DNA of 64,000 bases from Chloroflexota bacterium (GTDB lineage: Bacteria; Chloroflexota; Dehalococcoidia; Lucifugimonadales; Australimonadaceae): contig JAPPHT010000008.1 in the NCBI GenBank assembly GCA_028874795.1, positions 149,181-213,180 on the forward strand. Reading direction: 5' to 3'. The stretch's first letter is position 1. Every line of letters begins with the position of its first letter. A model generated the notes under the pieces. It searched no databases, was not told where the DNA came from, and saw nothing but the letters and a program-made list of their open reading frames with translations. Shown piece after piece: positions 16,809-25,874 of the stretch. Position numbers and translations under genes: made by a program.

Positions 16809-19295
16809 GTGGGTGAAGACAGCCTGTTCTTCGAGTTGGGGCAAGCGGTTGAGCAACTGGGAGACCCCATCTACTGGGTTGCGGTCGTTGCGGCGGTGTT
16901 CGTGGCAGGACTGACCGGCATGGTGCCGGGAGCGTCCGGCATCCTCATCATGGCGCTCTCCATCCCGTTCATAGTGGACGTGTTCGCCGGAGAGCGGGCC
17001 ACCATCGGGCTGGTCATGCTCGCCTCGATGACCGGGGTGAACAACACGCTGGACTCCATTCCGGCGGTGCTGCTCGGCCAGCCCGGCGCCGCCACCCAGG
17101 TGACCTTCCTGGAGGGCCACCAGCTCGCCCGACAAGGGAGAGCCGCCCATACGCTCGGCGCGATCTATGCCGTGTCCGCCTTGGGCGGACTGGTGGGTGC
17201 GATAGTGCTCGCGCTCGTGATCCCGTTGATCAAGCCCGTCATCCTCTCATTCGGTTTCCCCGAGATCGCCGCGATGGCCTTCTTCGGCATCGCCATGGTC
17301 TCCGCGCTCAGCGCGGGCGCGATGGTCAAGGGCATCGCCGCTGGAGCATTCGGAGTGCTGCTCGGCACCGTGGGCATCAACCCCATCACCGGTGACGTGC
17401 GGTTCGTCTTCCAGCAGCCCAGCCTCTGGTTCGGACTCCCGATCATCGCGATAACGCTCGGCTTCTTCGCACTGCCCGAGATGCTGGACCTCTCCATCGC
17501 CCGGCGCTCCGTGGCGCCCCCGAACACGGTCATCAACAACCGCGAGGTGTTGCGGGGCGCCAGAGACGGCCTGAAACGCTGGCCCATCATGATCCGGCAG
17601 TCGGTGTTCGGCGTGGTGCTCGGGGCGATACCGGGCGTGGGCGCTGCGGTCATCGACTGGCTCTCCTACGCGTTCGGCATCTTCTGGTCCAAGGACAAGA
17701 GCCAATTCGGCAAGGGCTCCCTGGACGGCGTACTCTTCGCGGAGTCCGCGCAGAACTCGAAGGAGGCCGGACAGGCGATCCCCACGCTTGCGCTCGGTAT
17801 CCCCGGTGGACTGGCGTGGGCGTTCGTTCTCATCGCCATGATCGCGATGGACTTCACTCCCGGCCCACGCCTGCTCGGGGATCAGGCGGACTTCATCATC
17901 CTGCTGGTCATCACGCTTGCCATCGGAAACTTCATCGTCACCATGCTCGGCATCGTCGCCACGGGGCAGCTGGCGAAACTGACGCTCATCCCTTACCCGG
18001 TTATCGGCGGGGTCGTCATCCCCATCGCGTTCCTCACGGGCGTCATCAACATGACGAACTGGCTTGCCCTCCCGATCATGCTCGTGTTCGCGGGCCTCGG
18101 CGTCATCATGAAGCTCTTCCAGTGGCCGCGCCCCCCGCTGCTGCTCGGCATCATCCTCGGCCCCATCATCGAGAAGAACTTCGTCTCCGCCCTGAACGTG
18201 CACGGCACCGTCGGCGTCGCAGCGCGCCCGCTGACAATCGCGCTGATCGTCATCGCGGTCACCACGGCCTTCTTCTTCTACCGATCCGGAAGGAGCCAGA
18301 CACAGCAGACGCAGGATGCCTCCGCTATGCCCGCCGGAGGATCCGATACGGAGCCGCGCGCGACACTCCTGCAGGCGCTCTTCGCGGCCAGGAATATCCC
18401 GATCCTCATTGCGGTCGGCGCAGGGCTGGCCTTCATCGCCAGCAGCATGGGATTCATGGCAGTGGAGGCGTGGGTATTGCCGCGATCCATGGCGGTCCTG
18501 GCCATCACGCTTGCGCTGGTACAGCTCTTCTTCCACCTGCGCGAGCGCGGCCACTCGCACGTCCAGATCATGGACCTGGGCATGCACAGCCTCGCGTTGC
18601 CGGGCGCGAAACAGGCGATCATCCTGCTCATCGTGGGCTTCCTCATGGCAATCATGCTCACTGGAGTGCTCGGCTTCCGGTGGGCGGCGATTGCCCTGGG
18701 AGGCTTCTTCCCGTTCGCCCTGATGGCAACCACGAGGTTCGACGCGACGCGCGCGTTGCTCATCAGCATCGTCACCGGCGTTGTCATCGTCGCGCTGCTC
18801 GCGACCGGCGCCGTAGCCGCCGTCGCCACTGCGACCATACCCTCCTTCGTGGAGTTCGAAGCGGTGCCTCTGGGCGCGAGCATCGTCACCGGAATCACCG
18901 TGGCGGTCGCACTCTTCGTTGCGCTCACCCTGACTGCGGAGGGGATGAGCAAGATCTCCAAGCCGGGCCCGGTCTCCGTCGTGGCGCTCCTGTTCCTCAC
19001 GCTGTCGCTCATCCTCGCGTTGTCCGGATGGCCGGATGAGATGCTTGGATGGCTCTACCGCGTTCCTCCCGCACTCCTGATCCTCCTGCTGCTCTTCGTT
19101 TCCCGCGTACGGTCATTCCAGCCCCCTGCTTCGCTGGAGGGACTCTTCTCCTGGCGCGTGCTTGCCGCAGTCATCACGATGGGCTTCGTCTTCCTGTTCG
19201 AATACGTCATGGCGGACAACGTGCTGTTCATCATCTGGCCGGAGCCCGCCCTCTTCGAGTGGGTCGGACGGGAGGTCTTCGGCAACGAGATGTAG
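16809..19295 (+). CDS. TctA-family TTT large permease with a roughly 330-aa polytopic C-terminal extension (828 aa)
   Basis: The N-terminal ~500 aa match the TctA pattern (GMVPGASG…, LDSIPAVLLGQPGAATQVTFLEGHQLARQGRAAHTLG, FGFPEIAAMAFFG, GLPIIAITLGFFALPEML). Residues ~500-828 add several more TM helices. There is no separate tctB gene. Confidence 0.75.
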   Translation: MGEDSLFFELGQAVEQLGDPIYWVAVVAAVFVAGLTGMVPGASGILIMALSIPFIVDVFAGERATIGLVMLASMTGVNNTLDSIPAVLLGQPGAATQVTFLEGHQLARQGRAAHTLGAIYAVSALGGLVGAIVLALVIPLIKPVILSFGFPEIAAMAFFGIAMVSALSAGAMVKGIAAGAFGVLLGTVGINPITGDVRFVFQQPSLWFGLPIIAITLGFFALPEMLDLSIARRSVAPPNTVINNREVLRGARDGLKRWPIMIRQSVFGVVLGAIPGVGAAVIDWLSYAFGIFWSKDKSQFGKGSLDGVLFAESAQNSKEAGQAIPTLALGIPGGLAWAFVLIAMIAMDFTPGPRLLGDQADFIILLVITLAIGNFIVTMLGIVATGQLAKLTLIPYPVIGGVVIPIAFLTGVINMTNWLALPIMLVFAGLGVIMKLFQWPRPPLLLGIILGPIIEKNFVSALNVHGTVGVAARPLTIALIVIAVTTAFFFYRSGRSQTQQTQDASAMPAGGSDTEPRATLLQALFAARNIPILIAVGAGLAFIASSMGFMAVEAWVLPRSMAVLAITLALVQLFFHLRERGHSHVQIMDLGMHSLALPGAKQAIILLIVGFLMAIMLTGVLGFRWAAIALGGFFPFALMATTRFDATRALLISIVTGVVIVALLATGAVAAVATATIPSFVEFEAVPLGASIVTGITVAVALFVALTLTAEGMSKISKPGPVSVVALLFLTLSLILALSGWPDEMLGWLYRVPPALLILLLLFVSRVRSFQPPASLEGLFSWRVLAAVITMGFVFLFEYVMADNVLFIIWPEPALFEWVGREVFGNEM

Positions 19296-19322
19296 TGGAA
19301 GCGCAGGTCCACACGCCCCTTT

Positions 19323-19360
19323 GAGCGGCGGCTGTCACTTCAGCCGCCGCTCAGTTTTTT
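19323..19360 (+). terminator. Rho-independent terminator after the TctA gene
   Basis: 12-bp perfect stem GAGCGGCGGCTG / CAGCCGCCGCTC, 6-nt loop, then AGTTTTTT. Confidence 0.8.
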
Positions 19361-19393
19361 CAGAACGCTCCGGTTGCCACGCCTGTCGCGCTC

Positions 19394-19402
19394 TGCTACC
19401 TT
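19394..19402 (+). promoter_or_regulatory. Extended -10 element TGCTACCTT, 6 nt from the lutA GTG (leaderless candidate)
   Basis: TGCTACCTT-gcatcc-GTG(19409). Confidence 0.45.
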
Positions 19403-19408
19403 GCATCC

Positions 19409-20227
19409 GTGGCTCGACGACGCGGCTCGTCCGCATATCCCAGACGACCCTCCAACCGACAGAGGACCAGCGGCAGGCAACGGGGACAGCAGACCCCGAA
19501 GTTCCGGGCAGCCTTCTGCGCCACCTGTCTCGTCGACCAGTTCTACCCGGAGGTCGGCGCTGCAGCGGTAAAGGTGCTGCGCCGTCTCGGCGTGGACGTT
19601 GGGTTCCCCGAAGACCAGACCTGCTGTGGGCAGATCGCGTTCAACGGCGGCTTCCGCTCTCACGCGGCTGACGTGGCGAAACACTTCCTGGACGTGTTCG
19701 AGAACGAGGAGCAGGTCGTCGTTCCCTCCGGCTCGTGCGCGACCATGATCAAGGTCTACTACCGCGAGTTATTCAAGGACGACCCCGAAACCCTGGAGCG
19801 CGCACAGGCCGTCGGCGAGAAGACGCGCGAGCTCTCCGACTACATCGTCAACGTCGTCGGCACGTCGGACGTGGGCGCGGCGTCGGAGGGGCTCGTCACG
19901 TACCACGACGCCTGCCACCTGCTGCGCGAGCTGCGCATATCGGAAGCGCCGCGAAGCCTCATCGGAAGCGTCCACGGCGTCGAGCTGCAGGAGATGGAGG
20001 ACTCGGACGCCTGCTGCGGGTTCGGAGGCCTCTTCTCTGTCAAGTTCCCCGAGATATCGACCGCGATCCTGGACGAGAAGCTGAAACACATCGCGGAGTC
20101 GGGCGCGGGCAGGGTCGTCGCGAACGACTGCGGCTGCCTCATGCACATCCGCGGGGCCATGGCCCGCCGCGGCATGAACGTGCGCGCGGTGCACATCGCC
20201 GAACTGCTGGCCGAGGACGGCGCCTGA
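19409..20227 (+). CDS. lutA: Lactate utilization protein A (CCG-domain Fe-S oxidoreductase)
   Basis: FCATCLVDQFYPEVGAAAVKVLRRLGVDVGFPEDQTCCGQIAFNGG and a second CCG motif (DSDACCGFGG). The only in-frame start upstream of the conserved core is the GTG at 19409, which gives a ~30-aa Arg-rich N-terminus. Confidence 0.8.
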   Translation: MARRRGSSAYPRRPSNRQRTSGRQRGQQTPKFRAAFCATCLVDQFYPEVGAAAVKVLRRLGVDVGFPEDQTCCGQIAFNGGFRSHAADVAKHFLDVFENEEQVVVPSGSCATMIKVYYRELFKDDPETLERAQAVGEKTRELSDYIVNVVGTSDVGAASEGLVTYHDACHLLRELRISEAPRSLIGSVHGVELQEMEDSDACCGFGGLFSVKFPEISTAILDEKLKHIAESGAGRVVANDCGCLMHIRGAMARRGMNVRAVHIAELLAEDGA

Positions 20228-21696
20228 TGGCCGAGGTCAAGAGCGCCGAGTTCAAGAAGGCGTCCGGCAGGGCGCTGCGCGACGAGAAGCTCCAGCACGC
20301 GCTGGACCACGTCATGGAGCACTTCGTCGGCGCGCGGGCCAACATCATCGAGAGCGACTTCGGGGACGAGAGCTGGGAGGCCATGCGCACCCGGGCCGCC
20401 GCCATCAAGCAGTCCACCCTGGAGCACCTGGACTACTACCTGGACATGGTGGACAGGAGCGTCCGCCGGAACGGCGGCCACGTCTACTTCGCCGACGACG
20501 CGGCGCAGGCGAACGCCATCGTGCTCGACATCGCCAAGCGCAATGGCGTCAAGACCGTTATCAAGAGCAAGTCCATGGTCTCCGAGGAGATGGGCATCAA
20601 CCACATCCTCGAACGCGAGGGCATCGAACCGGTCGAGACCGACCTCGGCGAGTACATCATCCAACTCGCGGGCGAGACGCCGTTCCACATCATCGCCCCT
20701 GCCATGCACAAGACCCGGCAGGAGGTCTCCGCGCTCTTCCAGCAGTGGTTGAAGACCGCGCCGACCCAGGACATCAAGCGCCTCTGTGTGTACGCGCGCG
20801 ACGCGCTGCGCGAGAAGTTCGCCCAGGCGGACATGGGCATCAGCGGCGCCAACTTCGTCGTGGCCGAGACGGGCACCGTCTGCCTCGTCACGAACGAGGG
20901 CAACGGCCGCATGACCACGTCCGCGCCGCGCATCCACGTCGTGCTCGCAGGCATGGAGAAGGTCGTCCCGGCGATCGAGGACCTGGCGCTCTTCCTGCGT
21001 CTGCTGCCCCGCTCCGCCACCGGTCAGCGCATCACCAGCTACAACACGTTCGTGGGCGGCCCGCGCGCCCCGAGCGACGAGGACGGGCCGGAAGAGTTCC
21101 ACCTCGTGTTCGTGGACAACGGGCGGCTCAACCTGCTGCGTGACGAGGTGATGCGTGAGGCGCTGCGCTGCATACGCTGCGGCGCTTGTCTGAACCACTG
21201 CCCCGTCTACCAGAAGATCGGCGGGCACGCGTACGGCTGGGTCTACTCCGGCCCTATCGGCGCGATCGTGACGCCGTCCATGACCAACATGAAGGTGGCC
21301 CGCGACCTGCCCTACGCCTCGACGCTGTGCGGCACGTGCAAGGACGTCTGCCCCGTCAAGATAGACATCCCCCGCCTGCTGCTTCACCTGCGGCACAAGG
21401 TGGCCGAGGGTGACGCCAGCGAGCGCAGCACGACCTGGATGGAGCGGCTCTTCGTGGGCCAGTGGCACAGCGCGATGCGGAACCGCAGGGCCCTCGAGGG
21501 GAAGGCGAACCTCGGCAGACTGCTCACCCGTCCGTTCACGCGCGGCGGCAACGTCCGGAAACTCCCGTTCGCGCCGATGGTGAGCGGCTGGACGGCGAGC
21601 CGGGACTTCCCCGCACCCGCGCCCAGGTCGTTCGCGCGGCTCTGGCGTGAGGAGCTCGCGGACGGCAACACCCCCGCGAACGGAACGGAACGGTAA
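20227..21696 (+). CDS. lutB: Lactate utilization protein B (LUD domain plus 4Fe-4S ferredoxin-type)
   Basis: ATG at 20227 overlaps the lutA TGA. Motifs CIRCGACLNHCPVY and LCGTCKDVCPVKIDIP. Confidence 0.85.
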   Translation: MAEVKSAEFKKASGRALRDEKLQHALDHVMEHFVGARANIIESDFGDESWEAMRTRAAAIKQSTLEHLDYYLDMVDRSVRRNGGHVYFADDAAQANAIVLDIAKRNGVKTVIKSKSMVSEEMGINHILEREGIEPVETDLGEYIIQLAGETPFHIIAPAMHKTRQEVSALFQQWLKTAPTQDIKRLCVYARDALREKFAQADMGISGANFVVAETGTVCLVTNEGNGRMTTSAPRIHVVLAGMEKVVPAIEDLALFLRLLPRSATGQRITSYNTFVGGPRAPSDEDGPEEFHLVFVDNGRLNLLRDEVMREALRCIRCGACLNHCPVYQKIGGHAYGWVYSGPIGAIVTPSMTNMKVARDLPYASTLCGTCKDVCPVKIDIPRLLLHLRHKVAEGDASERSTTWMERLFVGQWHSAMRNRRALEGKANLGRLLTRPFTRGGNVRKLPFAPMVSGWTASRDFPAPAPRSFARLWREELADGNTPANGTER

Positions 21697-21699
21697 GCC

Positions 21700-22452
21700 G
21701 TGTCGCCTACGCCGGAAGAGCACCCGAACAAGGCGGCTTTCCTGCTGCGCGTCCGCTCGGCCCTGGGGCGTTCGGAGCCCATCGTCCACATGCCGGACCA
21801 CCCCTCGCTGAAGTCGAACGCCGCGCGCCAGCAGGAGAAGGTACGCACCGTCGTCGCCAGGAACCAGGCCCGCAGGAGCCGGACGCTGGACCGCCTCGCG
21901 CGCACGGCCGCAGCGGCGTCCTGGAACGTTCGCAGAGCGAGTGACGCGGAAGAGGCCGCGAGCATCGTCGCGGAGATAGCGCATGACGCCGGCGTGAAGA
22001 GCCTCGTCCGCTCCGCGGAGGACATCTTCAAGCGAGTGGACATCGACGGCTCGCTCCGTTCGGTCGGTGTCTCGCCTGCCATCCTTGCGTCCGGCAGGTC
22101 GCGGGGCCGGGGTATGCTGCGCGACATGGCGTTCCGAGCCGACATGGGTGTGACGGGCGTCTCCTACGCTATCGCCGAGACCGCCAGTTGCGCCGTGATA
22201 CCGCGCAGGGGCGTGGCCCGCCTCGCTTCGCTTGCGCCGCCCCGGCTCGTCCTGCTGATCGAGCCGGAGCAGGTGCTCGAGTCGCTGGACGACTTCTTCG
22301 CCATCACCCGCCTGAACCGCATGCAGGCCCGCGGACGGACCGCAAACTACTTCAACTTCATCTCGGGGCCCTCGCGCACGGCGGACATCGAGCAGACGCT
22401 CACCATAGGCGTACACGGCCCCGGCGAAGTACACATGGTCATCCTCGGCTGA
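21700..22452 (+). CDS. lutC: Lactate utilization protein C (LUD/DUF162 domain)
   Basis: 250-aa ORF directly after lutB. Has GVTGVSYAIAETASCAV and a C-terminal …FISGPSRTADIEQTLTIGVHGP pattern. Confidence 0.75.
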   Translation: MSPTPEEHPNKAAFLLRVRSALGRSEPIVHMPDHPSLKSNAARQQEKVRTVVARNQARRSRTLDRLARTAAAASWNVRRASDAEEAASIVAEIAHDAGVKSLVRSAEDIFKRVDIDGSLRSVGVSPAILASGRSRGRGMLRDMAFRADMGVTGVSYAIAETASCAVIPRRGVARLASLAPPRLVLLIEPEQVLESLDDFFAITRLNRMQARGRTANYFNFISGPSRTADIEQTLTIGVHGPGEVHMVILG

Positions 22453-22477
22453 CGAGGGTGACCCGAGGAGACGACGG

Positions 22478-23227
22478 ATGCGCCTGGAAGGCAAGGTCAT
22501 CATCGTTACCGGCGCCGCCCGCCACCTGGGCCAGGCCTACGCCGTTCGGCTGGCGCAGGAAGGAGCGAAGCTCACCGTGGCCGACGTGCTCGACTGCTCG
22601 GAGACAGCCCGCCTCTGCGAAGCCGAGGGCGCCGAAGTGCTCCCCCTCAACGTGGACGTATCGAGCGAGGAGGAGACGATGGCGATGGCGCGTCAGACCG
22701 TCGAGCGCTTCGGACGCGTGGACGGCCTGCTCAACAACGCCGGGCTCATGCGGAACATCACCGGCCCCTCGCTCATGGACGTCGACCCGGACTGGTGGGA
22801 CAAGGTCTTCTCTGTAAATGCGCGCGGGACGTTCCTATGCACCAGAGCAGTGTTCCCGTACATGCGTGATCAGGGCGGCGGCAAGATCGTCAACGTCGGC
22901 TCCACCACCATGCTCCGCACCTCCAACAACGTGAGCGACAGCAACCCGCACTACGTCGCGTCCAAGGGCGCGGTTATGGCGTTCACCCGCGCGATCTGCC
23001 GCGAGCTCGGCGAGCACAACATCAACGTCAACACGCTCGCGCCCGGCGGCACCGACCAGGACCCCTCGCTCACCGGCGACGAGGCCACGGAGGAAGCGTC
23101 ACGGGCGTTCGGACGCCGGGGCGTACCGAGCGACCTCACGGGTACCGTCGCGTTCCTCTTCTCAGACGACGCGGCCTTCATCACCGGCCAGCTCATCGCG
23201 GTCAACGGCGGCAAGGAAGTGTCGTAG
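22478..23227 (+). CDS. SDR-family oxidoreductase (FabG-like)
   Basis: TGAARHLG Rossmann motif, NNAG, and YVASKGAV catalytic YxxxK. Confidence 0.85.
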   Translation: MRLEGKVIIVTGAARHLGQAYAVRLAQEGAKLTVADVLDCSETARLCEAEGAEVLPLNVDVSSEEETMAMARQTVERFGRVDGLLNNAGLMRNITGPSLMDVDPDWWDKVFSVNARGTFLCTRAVFPYMRDQGGGKIVNVGSTTMLRTSNNVSDSNPHYVASKGAVMAFTRAICRELGEHNINVNTLAPGGTDQDPSLTGDEATEEASRAFGRRGVPSDLTGTVAFLFSDDAAFITGQLIAVNGGKEVS

Positions 23228-23242
23228 GCCGCGCCGCGCCCC

Positions 23243-24655
23243 ATGACTGCCCGGCGGTTGCACATCGGCTTCCTCCTCTGCCTCGCCGCCGCGGTCGTGC
23301 TCGCCGCGTGTCAGGCAAACGGTGGGGAGACGGAGGACGAAGCGACTCCGACACTCGAGGCCACTCCGACATCGACGACAGCTCCCACATGGACCCCGTC
23401 CCCAACCTCAACGCCTCCAGCGATGGGGATTCCCGCACCATCGTTGGTCCGGATACCGACGCTTACGCCCACACCCACACCTACGCCGACACCCACCGCA
23501 ACCCCGATTCCGACTCTCACTCCGACCGCAATCCCTACTCCGACGCCAAGTCCGACTGTTACCCCTACTCCCAGACCAACTCCGAGGCCGACACCCACCC
23601 CTACCCCCACACCTGCACCCACCTCGACCCCTACGCCAACGCCGATCCCGGATCTCGCAACCTACTTCAGAGGCAAGACCATCACGCTGATGGTCGGCTA
23701 CAGTCCGGGCGGCGGCACGACAAGGCAGGCTCGCTACATGGCCGATGAGTGGCCACGCTTCATTCCCGGCAGCCCTGACATCCGGGTGATAAACCTCACC
23801 CCCAACGTCGTGGAGCGCAACTTTGTCTGGAACGCAGAACCGGATGGCCTGACCCTGGCGGTTGAAGCAACCCTAGGCGTCGGGCACCTGGCCGACCCCC
23901 AGGCGCAATTCGACCCGCGTGAGTCAACGATGCTCGGCGTCACTTCCGGTGCGGAGGGGGTGTGGCTGATACGCGGAACACTCCCTTACGACTGCATAGA
24001 CGACGCCTTCGGGGCGATTCAACCCGAGCTCACGGTCGGCCTCAGCGCGTTGACTCCCGAGGAGCTTGGTCACAGCGTCTCCATCGGGTGGCTGGCAGAC
24101 AGGTTCAACGTGCCGTTGGAGATGCGGAACTTTCCTGGCGTAGGGGCGCCGGAGCAGTACCGGATGATCGAGCGCGGCGACGTGAACTCATGGATCACCG
24201 GCACCATCTGGGACCAGTTGCCGGTAACGCGGCCGGGGTGGGCGAGGAGCGGCTACCTTCGCCCGTTCACCGACCTGTCGCCGCCCGGCTTCACGCCCGG
24301 GCACAACGGCGAGCGCAACTTCCACTGTCCCAACTTCCACGACACCTACCTGGAGAACGACGAAGAGCGTGCGCTGTGGCTCGCGATGCGCTCCTACGTC
24401 ACTTTCGGTAGGAACGTCATCGGTCCGCCGGGCATGCCTGCGGAACTGACGCAGGCCCTGCGGGGCGCGCTTACGGCGGCGATGGCGGACGCGCGGTTCG
24501 CAGACGGCCTCAAGGCCGTCGTTGGTGTCAGGAACACGTTCATAGACGGCGCGACTGCTCACCGACTTGTTGCCGACGTTGTAGACAGCTTCGAGGCTAA
24601 TCGCGCCGAGATCGAACGCATCCAGCAGGACGTGTTCGCCAAGTACGTCCGGTAG
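23243..24655 (+). CDS. Lipoprotein, Bug/TctC-like TTT substrate-binding protein (paralog 4) with a roughly 100-aa Pro/Thr linker
   Basis: Lipobox LAAC. (P/T)-rich tract encoded by 23345-23650. Core [24 protein letters not shown]…[10 protein letters not shown]. Confidence 0.6.
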   Translation: MTARRLHIGFLLCLAAAVVLAACQANGGETEDEATPTLEATPTSTTAPTWTPSPTSTPPAMGIPAPSLVRIPTLTPTPTPTPTPTATPIPTLTPTAIPTPTPSPTVTPTPRPTPRPTPTPTPTPAPTSTPTPTPIPDLATYFRGKTITLMVGYSPGGGTTRQARYMADEWPRFIPGSPDIRVINLTPNVVERNFVWNAEPDGLTLAVEATLGVGHLADPQAQFDPRESTMLGVTSGAEGVWLIRGTLPYDCIDDAFGAIQPELTVGLSALTPEELGHSVSIGWLADRFNVPLEMRNFPGVGAPEQYRMIERGDVNSWITGTIWDQLPVTRPGWARSGYLRPFTDLSPPGFTPGHNGERNFHCPNFHDTYLENDEERALWLAMRSYVTFGRNVIGPPGMPAELTQALRGALTAAMADARFADGLKAVVGVRNTFIDGATAHRLVADVVDSFEANRAEIERIQQDVFAKYVR

Positions 24656-24673
24656 GCCGCTACTCCGTTCCCC

Positions 24674-25816
24674 TCAGCCCTTCCCGAACTCCGGCATGAC
24701 GTGCTCCGCGAACAGTGAGAGCTGCTCCTTGAACTCCTCGGCCGGCATGCCCTCGGGCCAGCGGAACATCACCTGGTCCAGGCCGGGGAACTCCGCCTCG
24801 TACGCTTTCAACTCACGGATAACGAGGTCCGGCGGACCGCACAGCCACGCGCGCTGCCTGACGCCTTCCTCTATCGTCGGCACCCTGGCAGGCGCGCCCG
24901 GCGTGCCCCACGGACGACCGTCCTCGTCGACGTAGCGCACGAACCCGAACGGCGCGAACCACTTGTACGCCTCGTCGTGGTAGGGGCGCACCTTCTCGAC
25001 CGCCTTCTCCGGCGTCGACGCGATGGACATCGCGACGCCGAGGCAGAGGTCCTCGCCAAGCTCCAGGTCCCGGCCAGCCTTCGCGGCCTCGTCCTGGTAC
25101 GTGTGGAATATCTGCCGCGCGAGCCGGTCGCCGTTCTGCGTGATCATCCCCTTTATCCCGTTCTGCGCCATGAACGGGATGGAACGACCGCTTGCTATCG
25201 CCTGCCATATCTCCACCGGCTGATGGATCGGACGCGGCACCAGCGTCACCTCCGTCGGTTCGTAGCCGCGGAACTTCTTCGGCGCCGGGATGGTGTAGTG
25301 CTTGCCGTGGTGGCTGAACGAGTCCTCATGGAACGCCTTCATGATGACTTCCATCTGCTCTTCGAACAGCTCGCGGTTGGCGTCCTGGTCCAGCAGAGGA
25401 GCGCCGAGCGTCTCCACCTCCCGCGTCTGGTAGCCGCGCCCTACGCCGAAGACCACGCGTCCGTCGGTGAGGATGTCGGCCATCGCGAAGTCCTCGGCCA
25501 TCCGTATCGGGTGCCAGATCGGGCTCACATTGAACGCGCAACCGAACTTCAGGCGCTCCGTCCGCGCCGCGAGGTACGTCCCCCACAGGATGAGGTTCGG
25601 GATCACCTCGTAGCCCTCGCGCTGGAAGTGGTGCTCCGCGCCCCAGAGAGTGTCGAACCCCAGCTTGTCCATGTGCTGCGCCACGTCCAGCGACATCTGG
25701 TACGCCTTCACGATCTGCTCGTTGGAGAGATGCCGCTCGTCCGGCGGCGTCCCGCCCAGCCCGACGTTGTCCAGTTCCGTGAAACCGACATAGAGGACGG
25801 AGAACTTCGTGATCAT
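24674..25816 (-). CDS. LLM-class (luciferase-like) flavin/F420-dependent oxidoreductase
   Basis: ORF 24674..25969 trimmed to the ATG at 25816 (MITKFSVLYVG…). Has FDTLWGAEHHFQREGYEV and GRVVFGVGRGYQTRE motifs. Confidence 0.75.
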   Translation of the reverse strand: MITKFSVLYVGFTELDNVGLGGTPPDERHLSNEQIVKAYQMSLDVAQHMDKLGFDTLWGAEHHFQREGYEVIPNLILWGTYLAARTERLKFGCAFNVSPIWHPIRMAEDFAMADILTDGRVVFGVGRGYQTREVETLGAPLLDQDANRELFEEQMEVIMKAFHEDSFSHHGKHYTIPAPKKFRGYEPTEVTLVPRPIHQPVEIWQAIASGRSIPFMAQNGIKGMITQNGDRLARQIFHTYQDEAAKAGRDLELGEDLCLGVAMSIASTPEKAVEKVRPYHDEAYKWFAPFGFVRYVDEDGRPWGTPGAPARVPTIEEGVRQRAWLCGPPDLVIRELKAYEAEFPGLDQVMFRWPEGMPAEEFKEQLSLFAEHVMPEFGKG

Positions 25817-25845
25817 CGTCACCTGCCTCGTAGAGGATGCGCCGC

Positions 25846-25854
25846 AGGATAGCA
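25846..25854 (-). promoter_or_regulatory. Extended -10 element TGCTATCCT upstream of the LLM oxidoreductase gene
   Basis: Reverse complement of 25846-25854 reads TGCTATCCT, 29 nt before the ATG at 25816. Confidence 0.35.
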
Positions 25855-25874
25855 GAGCCCTGTCGGCTGATGGG

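Noticed and set aside
19840-22503. 887-aa ORF antisense to lutA/lutB/lutC. Similar long antisense or out-of-frame ORFs include 3876-5378, 9607-10560, 32744-34075, 42870-44219, 50012-51892, 53073-54647 and 59798-62098.
   Set aside because: These are Arg/Ala/Gly/Pro-rich translations with no recognisable domains. They lie opposite genes with strong family signatures. Such open frames are typical of stop-codon-poor high-GC DNA.
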